From an uncultured Lachnospiraceae bacterium (GTDB taxonomy: Bacteria; Bacillota; Clostridia; Lachnospirales; Lachnospiraceae), in contig CAJUNN010000005.1 of NCBI GenBank assembly GCA_910587955.1, positions 7,268 through 71,267 of the forward strand: a stretch of DNA of 64,000 nt, read 5' to 3'. The position numbers and the translations under genes were made by a program. Positions 30,057-39,230 of the stretch are shown here, piece after piece; within the stretch, counting starts at the first letter, position 1, and every line of letters begins with the position of its first letter. Below the pieces are notes generated by a model. It worked only from the letters and a program-made list of their open reading frames with translations, was not told the origin of the DNA and did no database searches.

Positions 30057-30566
30057 TTATACACTCCTACCGTGCTTTTTCCGCTCATAAAAATACAGCA
30101 CCACCTTCTCCGGATACCGTTTCAAAACAATCTGAATCTCCTCTTTTGGATCCATAGGCTTAACCAGAATGGAATAGAGGCCTGTCCGGTTGGCTCCCCA
30201 CACATCCGTAAAGAGCTGATCCCCCACAAACAGTGTCCGGGAAAGAGAGGTTCCCATTTTCTCCATCCCCTCCCGATACCCCTTGCGCCCCGGTTTTCCG
30301 GCCTTGAATACATAGGGCGTTTGAAGGGCCCCGGCAAAAGGCGTTACCCTGGGCTCCTTGTTGTTGGATATAAGGCAGGTAGAAAATCCCATCCCGTGCA
30401 GGCGCTCAAAAAGCCGGATGCTGCGCTCCTGGGCAGGAGCATCGTGGGGAACCAAGGTATTGTCAATATCAAAAAGGATTCCCCGGAAACCTCTCTCATA
30501 TAAGTTCTCAAAGTCAATTTCATAGACGGAATCCACATATTCCGTAGGATAAAATTTTTTAAGCAT
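30057..30566 (-). CDS. YqeG-family HAD-IIIA phosphatase
   Basis: Motifs GILFDIDNTLVPHD, LISNN and FVGDQLFTDV. The start is set at MLKKFYPTEY (ATG at 30564-30566), overlapping the upstream stop by 8 nt. Confidence 0.8.
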   Translation of the reverse strand: MLKKFYPTEYVDSVYEIDFENLYERGFRGILFDIDNTLVPHDAPAQERSIRLFERLHGMGFSTCLISNNKEPRVTPFAGALQTPYVFKAGKPGRKGYREGMEKMGTSLSRTLFVGDQLFTDVWGANRTGLYSILVKPMDPKEEIQIVLKRYPEKVVLYFYERKKHGRSV

Positions 30567-31467
30567 GCTCCTGCTTCCTTCCCTGATACTCCGCCACCAG
30601 GATACCGCCCACAATCAAAACTGCTCCTGCGGCTCCTGCCCCCGTGACGGGCTCATCCAGCACGGCTGCGGCCGCCACCATAGTCACAAACGGATTGAGA
30701 TAAATGTAATTGTTTGTATTGACCACCCCGATACGCTTGATGGCCACATTCCACAGCACATAGCAAAGGGCGCTTCCCAGCACTCCCAGAAACAGCAGGC
30801 AGAAAAGCAGGGTCGGCTGTTTTAAAGGCCAAAGAGGAGGCAGTCCCTTTCCCCGCAAAGCCGCAGGCGCCGTCAAAAGCACGGCGTAAAAAACCATTTT
30901 CCGCGTCAGCACCATATTGTTGTAAAGCCGGATATACGTTTTCAGCAGAACGGAATACACCGCCCAGGACAGAGCCGCCATCAGGGAGAGCAGATCTCCC
31001 AGAGGATTCAGCTTCAGCACATAGGCGCCGTTGAACACCACAAGGGCCACTCCCGTGATAGCGATGAAAAATCCGGCCCAGGTGCCGGGGCCCATCTTCT
31101 CATCTCCTGTAAAGACGTGAGCCAGGATAGCCGTAAAAATCGGTGCTGCCGCCAGGATAATGCTCACATTGGAGGCCAGCGTATAGGTGAGGGCCGTATT
31201 TTCAAAGAAATAGTAAAAAGTCACTCCGGAGAGGGACAGGGAAAAAATTCCCAGTTCATCCCGAAGGTTTTCCGGCCGTTTGGGCTTCCCTGCCAGAAAC
31301 AGCAGCACTGCCCAGGCAATCAGAAAGCGCATCAGCATAATCTGAAGGGCGTCATAAGCGCCCAAAAGAGTCTTGGTGGCCACAAAAGTGGTTCCCCAGA
31401 CGGTAATGGTAATCAGGGCCAGAAGATGCCCCAGTGCTTTGCTTTTTGCGTCTGTCTCTGTCATCAT
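30559..31467 (-). CDS. DMT superfamily (EamA-like) transporter
   Basis: About 10 predicted TM helices in two EamA-type halves. The start is set at MMTETDAK (ATG at 31465-31467, GGAG 7 nt upstream). The longer track ORF runs through a perfect hairpin. Confidence 0.8.
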   Translation of the reverse strand: MMTETDAKSKALGHLLALITITVWGTTFVATKTLLGAYDALQIMLMRFLIAWAVLLFLAGKPKRPENLRDELGIFSLSLSGVTFYYFFENTALTYTLASNVSIILAAAPIFTAILAHVFTGDEKMGPGTWAGFFIAITGVALVVFNGAYVLKLNPLGDLLSLMAALSWAVYSVLLKTYIRLYNNMVLTRKMVFYAVLLTAPAALRGKGLPPLWPLKQPTLLFCLLFLGVLGSALCYVLWNVAIKRIGVVNTNNYIYLNPFVTMVAAAAVLDEPVTGAGAAGAVLIVGGILVAEYQGRKQEHA

Positions 31468-31479
31468 GTCCGCTCCGCA

Positions 31480-31518
31480 ATGCCCCGGACAGACATCTGG
31501 CACGTCTGTCCGGGGCAT
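31480..31518 (-). other. Perfect 15-bp stem hairpin between nrdR and the DMT transporter gene
   Basis: atgccccggacagac (31480-31494) pairs with gtctgtccggggcat (31504-31518) around a 9-nt loop. No U-tract follows on the minus strand. Confidence 0.6.
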
Positions 31519-31544
31519 CTTGGTTTCTCCCGTCTTTTGCTTCT

Positions 31545-31997
31545 CTATTTATCCAGCATTTTCTTCAATTCACTTAAAAACGTATTGACATCCTTAAATT
31601 CCCGGTACACGGAGGCAAACCGCACATAGGCCACTGAATCCAGATCTTTGAGCTTATCCATCACCAGCTCGCCGATGACGCTGCTCTCTACCTCCCGTTC
31701 CTCCCGGTTGAAGATCTCGCTCTCGATGGCATCCAGCACCGCACTGATCTCCTTTAAGGGAACCGGACGCTTATGGCAGGCCCTTAAGATGCCGTCCTCA
31801 ATCTTGCTCCTGTCATAAGGCTCCCGGTTATTGTCCTTTTTGATCACAATCACCGGAATGGTCTCAATCTTTTCATAGGTGGTGAAACGCTTCCCGCAGG
31901 CGTCGCAAAGGCGCCGGCGCCGGATAGAATTGTTGTCCTCTGCCGGTCTGGAATCAATAACTCTGGTATTCTCCTGGCTGCAAAACGGACACTTCAT
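31545..31997 (-). CDS. nrdR: Transcriptional repressor NrdR
   Basis: Zn ribbon MKCPFC...C..C plus an ATP-cone, 150 aa. Confidence 0.95.
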   Translation of the reverse strand: MKCPFCSQENTRVIDSRPAEDNNSIRRRRLCDACGKRFTTYEKIETIPVIVIKKDNNREPYDRSKIEDGILRACHKRPVPLKEISAVLDAIESEIFNREEREVESSVIGELVMDKLKDLDSVAYVRFASVYREFKDVNTFLSELKKMLDK

Positions 31998-32126
31998 AAC
32001 TACCTCCTATGACGCTGATGATCTCTGGTTTTCAGTATAGTATATTCCCGGCCTGCCTGTCAATGCACCCGGAACCTTTTTTTGCTCCCCGCATAGAATA
32101 AAGAAAGATCTGCCAAAGGAACACTT

Positions 32127-32375
32127 ATGACCTTCTGTGAATTAAGAGAAAAAGACGTAATCAATATCAAAGACTGCAAACGCCTGGGCTGTGTATCCGA
32201 TCTGGTCTTTGATCCCAAAAACGGCTGCATCCTGGCACTGATTACCTCCAGCAACGAAAAGCTCTGGGGACTTCTGGGAAAAGACTGTGAGTATGAAATC
32301 CCCTGGTGCAAAATCAAGCAGATCGGCCCGGACATTATCCTGGTAGAAATGGATCCGGAGAAGGATCGCCGCTAA
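32127..32375 (+). CDS. YlmC/YmxH-family sporulation protein (PRC-barrel)
   Basis: 82 aa. MTFCELREKDVINIKDCKRLGCVSDLVFD is typical of the family. Confidence 0.8.
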   Translation: MTFCELREKDVINIKDCKRLGCVSDLVFDPKNGCILALITSSNEKLWGLLGKDCEYEIPWCKIKQIGPDIILVEMDPEKDRR

Positions 32376-32902
32376 ATGTCCCCGTCTATCCGGAGCGGAA
32401 CACGCTCCTGAATATAGCCCCTCACATCCTCCCTGGCAATTCCCAGGGAAACGGAAAGCTCCGCATAGAGCTGGTCTTCCGCCGCATGAAAGTAGCGTTC
32501 GTCTACGGCAGTCACCTTCTTCCCTTTCGCTCTCCGATCCTGCTGCCGGAAATAGGAGGTCTTGATAATCCGGATCCACTCTCTGGGATCCCCGCTTCGG
32601 ATGGCTTCCCGGTAGCATTTCTCCCGCTGCTTATCATCCAGAACTGCAAGCTCCTCAATGGCGGGAATCTCATTTACCAAGGCATCGGCCTCCTCTTGGG
32701 TCATGACGGCCCGGATAACCACCTTTTCATTATCCACCGGGGTAAAAATCCGGTTTCCTTTCTGAAAACAGGGCGACAAAACATAGTAGAGACGGGTGCT
32801 CCCTGTCCCTGCAATGTCCGGCGCAGTGATATCCTCAATCTCACATACACCGGTGGTGCCGTATACAATATAGTTTCCTTTTTCAAACATAGAATCCTCC
32901 AT
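32372..32902 (-). CDS. CarD-family transcriptional regulator
   Basis: CarD_CdnL_TRCF N-terminal domain (FEKGNYIVYGTTGVCEIEDI). The start may be the MFEKG ATG 12 nt downstream. Confidence 0.85.
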   Translation of the reverse strand: MEDSMFEKGNYIVYGTTGVCEIEDITAPDIAGTGSTRLYYVLSPCFQKGNRIFTPVDNEKVVIRAVMTQEEADALVNEIPAIEELAVLDDKQREKCYREAIRSGDPREWIRIIKTSYFRQQDRRAKGKKVTAVDERYFHAAEDQLYAELSVSLGIAREDVRGYIQERVPLRIDGDI

Positions 32903-33076
32903 TCCTGTTTTGCAGAATCACGGCTTCTATGTTTTATAATAACAGAAAATTCTGGATTTATCTAATATTTTTTCATTATTTCAAAATCTTCGTTACATTT
33001 GCCCTAAAGACAGGGGGTGAAAATTAGGGATTTTGCCCAAAAACTCACGTCCGCTCCCGGAATTCCAGTCTCTCAT

Positions 33077-33943
33077 TTATATCTCTGCAATCTCATATTC
33101 CCTGCTGCCAAGACCCAGCTTTGCGGCCGCCTCCACCGTGTGAATGCCATTGCGGGACTCCATGCGCTCGATTAGGGAAGCCTTCCCGGGATCGGGGGAT
33201 CGGTACACTGCGTCCACGCAGGCCTGATCCAAGGCTACCGGGTCCAGGGAGGCGAAAACTCCGATGTCCGCCATCTCCGGTTCATGGGGGTTGGAATCAC
33301 AGTCACAGTCGATAGACAGACGGTTCGCCACATTGATATAGACGATATTTTCACTGCCCATGTACGCGATCACCGACTGATCCGCATCCGCCATACATTC
33401 CAGGAAGGAATCGTGATCCGCTGTCCACAGATTCTCCGGCTCTCCAACTCCGTGAATGTGGGCTTTTCCGTGGGCGGAAGCAATACCGATAGAAATATTT
33501 TTCAGGGCTCCGCCGAAACCGCCCATCATATGCCCTTTAAAATGGGACAGCACCAGCATAGAATCATAATTTTTAAAATGGGAGCCCACATAGTTTTCCG
33601 TAAGATGAAATCCGCCTGTGACAGGCAGGGCAATCTCTCCCTCCTCATCCATAATGTCGCAGGGTGCAATCCGGGTAAATCCATGCTCTTCCATGGCCTT
33701 CCAGTGTTCCGGCGTGGTATTCCTTCTTCCTTCATAGGCTGTATTGCATTCCACAATGGTTCCCTGCACCTCGGCAACCAGTGCCTGAATCAAGGACGGT
33801 TTCAGATAATTGTGGCCGCCCGGCTCTCCGCTGGAAAGCTTTACCGCAACCTTTCCCTTCAAAGTCCTTCCCATCGCGCGGTAGAGTTTTGAAAGCGCCT
33901 CCGGGGTAATCTCCTTCGTAAAATAAACGGTTGATTTTTCCAT
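33077..33943 (-). CDS. DUF362 domain protein (COG2768-like)
   Basis: VYFTKE..., SSGEPGG and LSHFKGHMMGGFGGALKNISIG match the DUF362 pattern. The start is set at MEKSTVYF with AAGGAG 8 nt upstream. Confidence 0.7.
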   Translation of the reverse strand: MEKSTVYFTKEITPEALSKLYRAMGRTLKGKVAVKLSSGEPGGHNYLKPSLIQALVAEVQGTIVECNTAYEGRRNTTPEHWKAMEEHGFTRIAPCDIMDEEGEIALPVTGGFHLTENYVGSHFKNYDSMLVLSHFKGHMMGGFGGALKNISIGIASAHGKAHIHGVGEPENLWTADHDSFLECMADADQSVIAYMGSENIVYINVANRLSIDCDCDSNPHEPEMADIGVFASLDPVALDQACVDAVYRSPDPGKASLIERMESRNGIHTVEAAAKLGLGSREYEIAEI

Positions 33944-33967
33944 CTGTCTATACTCCTTTCCCATTCT

Positions 33968-35116
33968 TTATTTTCCAAACATACCGGCCGCCCGCTTCAT
34001 ATTTTCCATAACCGGAACTTGAAAAGGACAGCGCTTCTCGCAGGAACCGCAGCCTACACATTCTCCGGCTTTGTGTTCCAGGACTGCATAATGCTCCCGC
34101 ACGGTCTCCGGGATTTCCCCCTGGGCCGCTGCCAGATTGAGAAACTTCGTCACCAACGCCACATCGATCCCCTTGGGACAGGGGGCACAGTGGCCGCAGT
34201 ACATACAATGTCCCTTCCAGCTGATCCTAGGAAAGCCGGCTAAAGCCGCCGCATAATCCTTCTGGCTCTCCTCCGCCTCCTCATAAGCGGCACTCGCCTC
34301 CAGCTCGGAAATCGTCCGGGCCCCGGACATGACGGAGGCCACAGCCGGCCGGGTCAGGGCATAGTGGATGCACTGATACAAAGTCAGGGCTTTGCCCGCA
34401 GGAGACAGCTCCCCGTTCAAAAGATCTCCTCCTCCGAAAGCCTTCATCACGGTTATCCCCACTCCCAGACGCTGGCAGGTCTCATAGAGGGCCTGACGCT
34501 GGGGATCCATATTCACCAGAGGCTTTTCGTAATTTTTTCCGTCCCAGAGGGCCTCCACATCCTCATTGGCTGGAAGCAGATCATAGCAGGGATTGACGCT
34601 GAACATGAGGATATCCACCAGGCCGCTGTTTACCGCAGCCAGAGCCGCCTCCGGGTTATGGCTGGACATGCCGATACAGCCAATCTTTCCCTCTGCCTTT
34701 AGCTCCAGGGCATAACCCATCACATCCCCCTTTTGGATCTCTTCCCAGTCCTTTAAGGAATCCACATAGTGAATCATGCCAATCTCCACCCGATCTGTCT
34801 CCAGGCGCCGCAGCTGATCCGCAAAGCCCTCCTTTACCTCTGAAATCTCCCTGGTCCGCTTATATTGGCCATCCTTCCAGACGGAGCAGAGATGAGCCTG
34901 AAGGATAAATTTTTCCCTGCGTCCTTTAAGGGCCGCACCCAGATTGGAGCGTACCTCCGGGTCCGGGGTGTACAAATCCAGGCAGTTGACGCCCCACTCC
35001 TCCATTTTATCCACAAAAGCTCTTGTCTCCTCTGCGGATTTTCCCACAAGGCCCTCGCATCCCATTCCGATTTCACTCATAGTAAGGCCGGTACGGCCTG
35101 CTCTGCGATACTTCAT
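33968..35116 (-). CDS. Aldo/keto reductase fused to a C-terminal 4Fe-4S ferredoxin-type domain
   Basis: AKR N-terminus MKYRRAGRTGLTMSEIGMGCEG and two Cys clusters, CMYCGHCAPCP and CVGCGSCEKRCP. Confidence 0.85.
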   Translation of the reverse strand: MKYRRAGRTGLTMSEIGMGCEGLVGKSAEETRAFVDKMEEWGVNCLDLYTPDPEVRSNLGAALKGRREKFILQAHLCSVWKDGQYKRTREISEVKEGFADQLRRLETDRVEIGMIHYVDSLKDWEEIQKGDVMGYALELKAEGKIGCIGMSSHNPEAALAAVNSGLVDILMFSVNPCYDLLPANEDVEALWDGKNYEKPLVNMDPQRQALYETCQRLGVGITVMKAFGGGDLLNGELSPAGKALTLYQCIHYALTRPAVASVMSGARTISELEASAAYEEAEESQKDYAAALAGFPRISWKGHCMYCGHCAPCPKGIDVALVTKFLNLAAAQGEIPETVREHYAVLEHKAGECVGCGSCEKRCPFQVPVMENMKRAAGMFGK

Positions 35117-35262
35117 ATATCTTGTCCCCCTATTCCAGTTCCCCTATTCTAGTTCCGCATACGCCCTCCAGGCACCCCTCCCTTAGAAAGAATTTCAGCC
35201 GTAAAAATACACGGCCGCAATTCTTTCTGGGCGCCTTCCGGGCTTCTGCTGTTTTGATTATA
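35117..35262 (-). repeat. One unit of the dispersed structured repeat with a duplicated SD-tail motif
   Basis: The minus-strand end reads GCGGAACTAGAATAGGGGAACTGGAATAGGGGGACAAGATATATG. The body tagaaagaatttcagccg...cggccgcaattctttct forms the central hairpin. Confidence 0.75.
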
Positions 35263-35390
35263 ACAGTTGAAGTCCGCTTTAAGTCAAATACTTTCTGCGG
35301 AAGAGACCGGCCGTGCACACATGCTCCGTCTTGACTTTGCAGCCCCAACCTTTTACAATATTATTTATACAAAACGAGGGGGAAAATCTT

Positions 35391-35807
35391 ATGAGCTGGA
35401 GCGACAAATGTATCGCGGCCCTTGCCGAAAAGAAACTGTTTGAAAATTCCGGTCACAGAACCCGGTTTAAGGAGCTGCTGGACTGCTACGCAGACTATCC
35501 TTTTTTCAACCGGGGCCTGTGCAAGTGCATGTACCTGTCCGCTTGGGACGAGGAACACTTCTGTATTATGCTCGAAACGCTTATGAGCATGAGCCTGGGC
35601 CAGGAGCGGAACACAGACGACATGCGGATTCAGGGCGACGTTCTCGCCGGGGATGAGCCCACCCCCGACTACTACATGTACCAGCTCTCCAACGCCTTTC
35701 TGGACGGCGCACCTTTCCGCCTCAGCCCCGACGCAGATATTGATCCCGAAAAGCGCTATACCATCCGGCAGGCTCTCCGGGCCGCCGAAGTCATCGATAG
35801 CATCTAG
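35391..35807 (+). CDS. Hypothetical protein (138 aa)
   Basis: ATG at 35391, preceded by GAGGGGG. I recognise no family. Confidence 0.5.
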   Translation: MSWSDKCIAALAEKKLFENSGHRTRFKELLDCYADYPFFNRGLCKCMYLSAWDEEHFCIMLETLMSMSLGQERNTDDMRIQGDVLAGDEPTPDYYMYQLSNAFLDGAPFRLSPDADIDPEKRYTIRQALRAAEVIDSI

Positions 35808-35810
35808 TGC

Positions 35811-37967
35811 TCAGCAAACGGTAAATACCGCCACAGACCGGGGACGCATAATAAACTGACCGTCAATGCGGATTTCTTCGCCGCTCCGGTAAAAGAAGCG
35901 GCCCTCTCCGTCTCCGTAAGTGTGAACGTTCAAATGCCACGTCCCTGCCATATAAATCTGTGGAAGGCGGATTTCCACATTCTCCCAATAGGAATTGATT
36001 ATCATATACACCACATCATCCCGGCCTTTTTCCAAATCATATCCCGTAAAGCAGACACCGAATACGTGGGCATTCTCCAGAAAATTCTTCCGGATTCCGT
36101 CTGCCCCGTATACCCGGAGCCCTTCCATGCCGCAGACCGCATCGGGCAATTTCTTCCGGATTACAGGATGCTGATAGCGGAAATCTATCATAAATTTGAA
36201 AAATTCAAACAATTCCCGGTTTTTCTTCAAAAGCTCCCAATCCAGCCAGGAAATCTCATTGTCATGACAATAGCAGTTATTGTTGCCGTACTGGGTATTT
36301 CCAAATTCATCCCCGGCAAGAAACATCGGCGTCCCCCTGCTGCACATCAAAACCGCACAGGCATTGCGTATCATGCGGAACCGGAGTTTTAAAATCTCCG
36401 GATCTTCCGTCTCCCCTTCCGCTCCGCAGTTCCAGCTCCGGTTGTTGTCGGATCCGTCCGTATTGTTCCAGCCGTTGCTTTCATTGTGCTTCTCATTGTA
36501 AGAATAGAGATCGTAGAGAGAAAACCCGTCGTGACAGGTAAAAAAGTTCACACAGGAATTATACCCTGCGTAAGTACCGCTTTCATTCGTCCCATGGCCT
36601 CCATACATATCTACAGAGCCCACAATGCTCCAGGCCGTATCCCGGGCCATATAATTATCTCCTTTCAGGAAACTGCGCAGGGCGTCCCGGTACCTTCCGT
36701 TCCACTCGGCCCAGCGCCTGCTTGCCGGAAACCGGCCCACCTGATACAAGCCGCCCGCATCCCAGGCCTCCGCAATAAGCTTGACCCTGCTCAGAATGGG
36801 ATCATAAGCCAGACTGCGCAGAAGAGGCGGATTGCTGATGGGAGAGCCGTCCTCATTCCTTCCAAGAATGCTTGCCAGATCAAAGCGGAATCCGTCTACC
36901 CGGTAGCTCACCGTCCAGTACCGCAGGCATTCCAGAATCAGCTGGTGAACGATGGGATGATTGCAGTTTAATGTATTTCCGCAGCCGCTGAAATTGTAAT
37001 AATTGCCCTCCGGCGTAAGCATATAATACACTTTATTGTCGAAACCTTTGAAGCAAAAGGTGGGGCCGTGTTCATTTCCTTCCGCCGTGTGATTAAACAC
37101 CACATCCAGGATCACTTCAATTCCGTTTTCGTGAAGTTCCTTGATCAGCTCCTTTAATTCCGTCCCTTCCCGGTTATACTCCCGGGCCGAAGTATAGTTG
37201 GTGTTGGGCGCAAAAAAACCGATGGAATTATACCCCCAGTAATCCAGAAGCTTCTCTCCGCCTACTTCCCTGGAATTCATGGTCTCATCAAAGGCAAAGA
37301 TCGGCATTAATTCCACGGCATTGATTCCCAGCTCCTTTAGGTACGGAATTTTCTCCCTTAGCCCCGCAAAGGTCCCAGGATGCTTCACTCCGGAAGAAGG
37401 ATGCTTAGTATACCCGCGCACATGCAGCTCATAAATTACCAGATCACTCAATTCCCTGGAGGACTGGGGCATGTCTCCCCAGTCAAAAATATCTTTCACT
37501 ACTCTGCCCCGGTATCCCCGGCTCCGGTGCTCTCCCCAGCGTCCCTGTCTGGTGACCACCCTCGCATAAGGGTCCAAAAGTACCCGCTTCCTGTCAAAAA
37601 TCATACCTTCCTTTGGATCATAGGGACCTCCCACCCGGTAGGCATACTCGAATTTTTCAATATCCAGTCCAAACACAATCATGGAATAAACATCCCCGAT
37701 TTTGTATTCGTCCGGAAAGGGAAGCTCCGCATAAGGCTCTTCTTCCCCCTCATGAAACAGCAGCAGCTCACAGGAAGTCCCAAAATGGGTATGCACCGTG
37801 AAACTCACTCCATTGGGCAGAGCCATGGCTCCGTTTACATCAAAGAGACCGGGCCTTACGGGATAGCCCCCGCTCATTCCCATAGGCGTCATGGTAATGG
37901 TATATTCAGGAACAAACCTTTGTGTGTAATATTTCAAATTTTTCCCTTCACTCTCCTTTCCCGGCAT
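35811..37967 (-). CDS. glgX: Glycogen debranching enzyme / isoamylase (GH13, GlgX-type)
   Basis: Motifs DGFRFDLASIL, LIAEAWD and FFTCHDGFSLYD. The exact start is uncertain: ATG at 37967 lacks an SD, and an in-frame TTG 30 nt downstream follows GAAGGG. The track ORF start at 38021 lies inside a terminator hairpin. Confidence 0.88.
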   Translation of the reverse strand: MPGKESEGKNLKYYTQRFVPEYTITMTPMGMSGGYPVRPGLFDVNGAMALPNGVSFTVHTHFGTSCELLLFHEGEEEPYAELPFPDEYKIGDVYSMIVFGLDIEKFEYAYRVGGPYDPKEGMIFDRKRVLLDPYARVVTRQGRWGEHRSRGYRGRVVKDIFDWGDMPQSSRELSDLVIYELHVRGYTKHPSSGVKHPGTFAGLREKIPYLKELGINAVELMPIFAFDETMNSREVGGEKLLDYWGYNSIGFFAPNTNYTSAREYNREGTELKELIKELHENGIEVILDVVFNHTAEGNEHGPTFCFKGFDNKVYYMLTPEGNYYNFSGCGNTLNCNHPIVHQLILECLRYWTVSYRVDGFRFDLASILGRNEDGSPISNPPLLRSLAYDPILSRVKLIAEAWDAGGLYQVGRFPASRRWAEWNGRYRDALRSFLKGDNYMARDTAWSIVGSVDMYGGHGTNESGTYAGYNSCVNFFTCHDGFSLYDLYSYNEKHNESNGWNNTDGSDNNRSWNCGAEGETEDPEILKLRFRMIRNACAVLMCSRGTPMFLAGDEFGNTQYGNNNCYCHDNEISWLDWELLKKNRELFEFFKFMIDFRYQHPVIRKKLPDAVCGMEGLRVYGADGIRKNFLENAHVFGVCFTGYDLEKGRDDVVYMIINSYWENVEIRLPQIYMAGTWHLNVHTYGDGEGRFFYRSGEEIRIDGQFIMRPRSVAVFTVC

Positions 37968-37977
37968 GGCGCCGTTC

Positions 37978-38019
37978 AAAAAACGCGGGAGACAATCCCT
38001 TTTCAAGCTTGTCTCCCGC
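37978..38019 (-). terminator. Intrinsic terminator located in the glgX leader
   Basis: The minus strand reads GGGAGACAA gcttgaaaaggga TTGTCTCCC GCG TTTTTT (stems at 38009-38017 and 37987-37995, T-run at 37978-37983). Confidence 0.7.
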
Positions 38020-38051
38020 ACAAATGCACACAGGACTTTTATTTGTTCGTT

Positions 38052-38080
38052 ATTATACTTATTTTAAAGGAAAACGTCAA
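38052..38080 (-). promoter_or_regulatory. Consensus sigma-A promoter upstream of the glgX leader terminator
   Basis: On the minus strand: TTGACG (38075-38080), a 17-nt spacer, then TATAAT (38052-38057). Confidence 0.65.
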
Positions 38081-38183
38081 ATGGTTTACCGAAAAATACA
38101 AATAGATTGTAAAAACCGATAAAAACATTCTTAAAATATCCGATTGTCCGTCTTGCGAAAACATCTATGCCGCACAAACTTCT

Positions 38184-38211
38184 TTTGCAAAACAAAAAAA
38201 TATGGTATACT
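38184..38211 (+). promoter_or_regulatory. metA promoter
   Basis: TTTGCA (38184-38189), a 16-nt spacer, then TATACT (38206-38211) preceded by TGG, an extended -10-like element. Confidence 0.5.
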
Positions 38212-38266
38212 GAACGAAACAGTCTCTGTTTCCGGGAACAAGACAAAAGAAAGAGAGTGAAGCATT

Positions 38267-39184
38267 ATGCCGATTAAAGTAGCAAGCGATCTGCCGGTCC
38301 GGGCGATTCTGGAAAGGGAAAATATATTCGTTATGGATGAAACGAGAGCCCTAAACCAGGATATCCGGCCTTTGAAAATAGGAATATTAAATCTCATGCC
38401 CTTAAAAGAGGATACGGAGCTGCAGCTTCTGCGTTCTCTGTCCAACACCCCCCTGCAGCTGGACATTACCTTTTTAACGGTCAGCTCCCACGAATCCAAA
38501 AACACAGCCCAGAGCCATATTAACAAATTTTATGAACCCTTCTGCCAAGTGAAAAAACGCCGGTTCGACGGACTGATCATCACCGGCGCTCCGGTGGAGC
38601 AGATGGAGTTTGAAAAGGTAGACTACTGGGATGAACTGGTGGAAATTATGGACTGGGCCGAAACCCACGTCACCTCCACCTTCTTTATCTGCTGGGGCGC
38701 CCAGGCTGCCCTGTATCACTACTACGGCCTAAAAAAACAGCTTCTGCCCCAAAAGCTGTTCGGCCTGTACCGCCACCGGGTACAAAACCGGAAAGAACCT
38801 CTGATCCGGGGTTTCGATGACGAATTTCTTGCTCCCCACTCCCGCCACACCACCGTGGACTCAGAGGCCATCCGCTCCTGCAGCTCCCTTACTGTCCTGG
38901 CAGAGTCCGACGAAGCAGGGATCTTTATCGCTATGGCAGAAAAGGGCCGCAAAATCTTTGTCTTTGGGCACCCGGAATACGACCGCCTCACCCTTCAGAA
39001 AGAATACGTGCGGGATAAGGAAAAAGGCTTGGATATAAAGACACCAAAGGATTATTTCAAAGACAATGACAGCAGCAGCCAGCCGCTGCTTATGTGGCGG
39101 GCCCATGCCAACGCGCTGTACACCAACTGGATCAATTATTACGTGTACCAGCTTACGCCTTACCAGTGGGAGGATGAGGAGTAA
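38267..39184 (+). CDS. metA: Homoserine O-acyltransferase (MetA family)
   Basis: MPIKVASDLPVRAILERENIFVM ... IGILNLMP is the MetA hallmark. 305 aa. Confidence 0.9.
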   Translation: MPIKVASDLPVRAILERENIFVMDETRALNQDIRPLKIGILNLMPLKEDTELQLLRSLSNTPLQLDITFLTVSSHESKNTAQSHINKFYEPFCQVKKRRFDGLIITGAPVEQMEFEKVDYWDELVEIMDWAETHVTSTFFICWGAQAALYHYYGLKKQLLPQKLFGLYRHRVQNRKEPLIRGFDDEFLAPHSRHTTVDSEAIRSCSSLTVLAESDEAGIFIAMAEKGRKIFVFGHPEYDRLTLQKEYVRDKEKGLDIKTPKDYFKDNDSSSQPLLMWRAHANALYTNWINYYVYQLTPYQWEDEE

Positions 39185-39230
39185 TATCTATTTTCCCTGA
39201 CATACACAATACGATAAAAAGGATACCATC

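Noticed and set aside
37968-38021. N-terminal extension of the glgX ORF (MRETSLKRDCLPRFLNGA)
   Set aside because: These codons are the terminator hairpin and its T-run read as protein. No SD is present.
38022-38266. SAM (S-box) riboswitch or T-box upstream of metA
   Set aside because: The leader downstream of the best promoter is only about 55 nt. It lacks the four-helix S-box core and any T-box sequence. Only a small 7-bp hairpin is present.
38131-38526. 131-aa minus-strand ORF overlapping the metA start
   Set aside because: It is antisense to the metA 5' end and promoter, and has no SD or motifs.
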